From: an uncultured delta proteobacterium
Lineage (GTDB): Bacteria; Desulfobacterota; Binatia; UBA9968
Assembly: GCA_963728565.1 (NCBI GenBank)
Contig: CAVSLC010000011.1
Span: 1 to 64,000 of the forward strand
Length of the DNA: 64,000 nt
Direction of reading: 5' to 3'
This document shows positions 63,932-64,000 of this stretch, in pieces. Numbering within the stretch: position 1 is the first letter of the stretch; each line of letters opens with the position of its first letter. The notes under the pieces are model-generated. The model was not told where the DNA came from. It did no database searches and saw only the letters and a program-made list of their open reading frames with translations. The position numbers and the translations under genes were made by a program.

Positions 63932-63950
63932 CAGGTGCTTTCTGCACCTG
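63932..63950. terminator. GC-rich hairpin, possible terminator
   Basis: CAGGTGC-TTTCT-GCACCTG. Confidence 0.3.
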
Positions 63951-64000
63951 AAGGTCGTTGATTATTTTCTCTACCCCTTCGACTAACGAAGCGATGTCTT

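Overview
A 64-kb bacterial chromosomal window of mostly catabolic, transport and stress genes, with no rRNA, tRNA, CRISPR array or transposase that I can see. The many orphan NMT1-type, iron-type and TctC solute-binding proteins, MmgE/PrpD paralogues, amidohydrolases and LLM enzyme suggest a Ca. Binatia/deltaproteobacteria-like organism (inference only). In order, it holds: an ethylene-receptor-like PAS histidine kinase; an LLM oxidoreductase; a CoxMSL-like Mo hydroxylase; a NitT/TauT ABC transporter; prpE; an IclR/3x MmgE-PrpD/TcuA cluster; a di-haem peroxidase; an amidohydrolase/twin-deacetylase/DUF1989/TAXI locus; a decayed LysR-AKR-SDR-ADH cassette; two tandem spore-photoproduct-lyase-like radical SAM genes near TreS and DUF4385; a GMC oxidoreductase; CapA; and a terminal PrpD-TrxB-UGSC-partner-TctC operon. 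The best hidden signals are (1) an in-frame UGA in a U-G-S-C motif followed by a SECIS-like hairpin, which joins two ORF-track fragments into one selenoprotein inside a candidate Sec-dependent redox system, (2) the divergent SPL pair, and (3) three copies of a ~130-150 bp MITE-like element whose CTAG ends coincide with stop codons. Many genes carry single-base frameshifts, probably long-read errors. All calls come from motif recognition by eye; no database searches were run.
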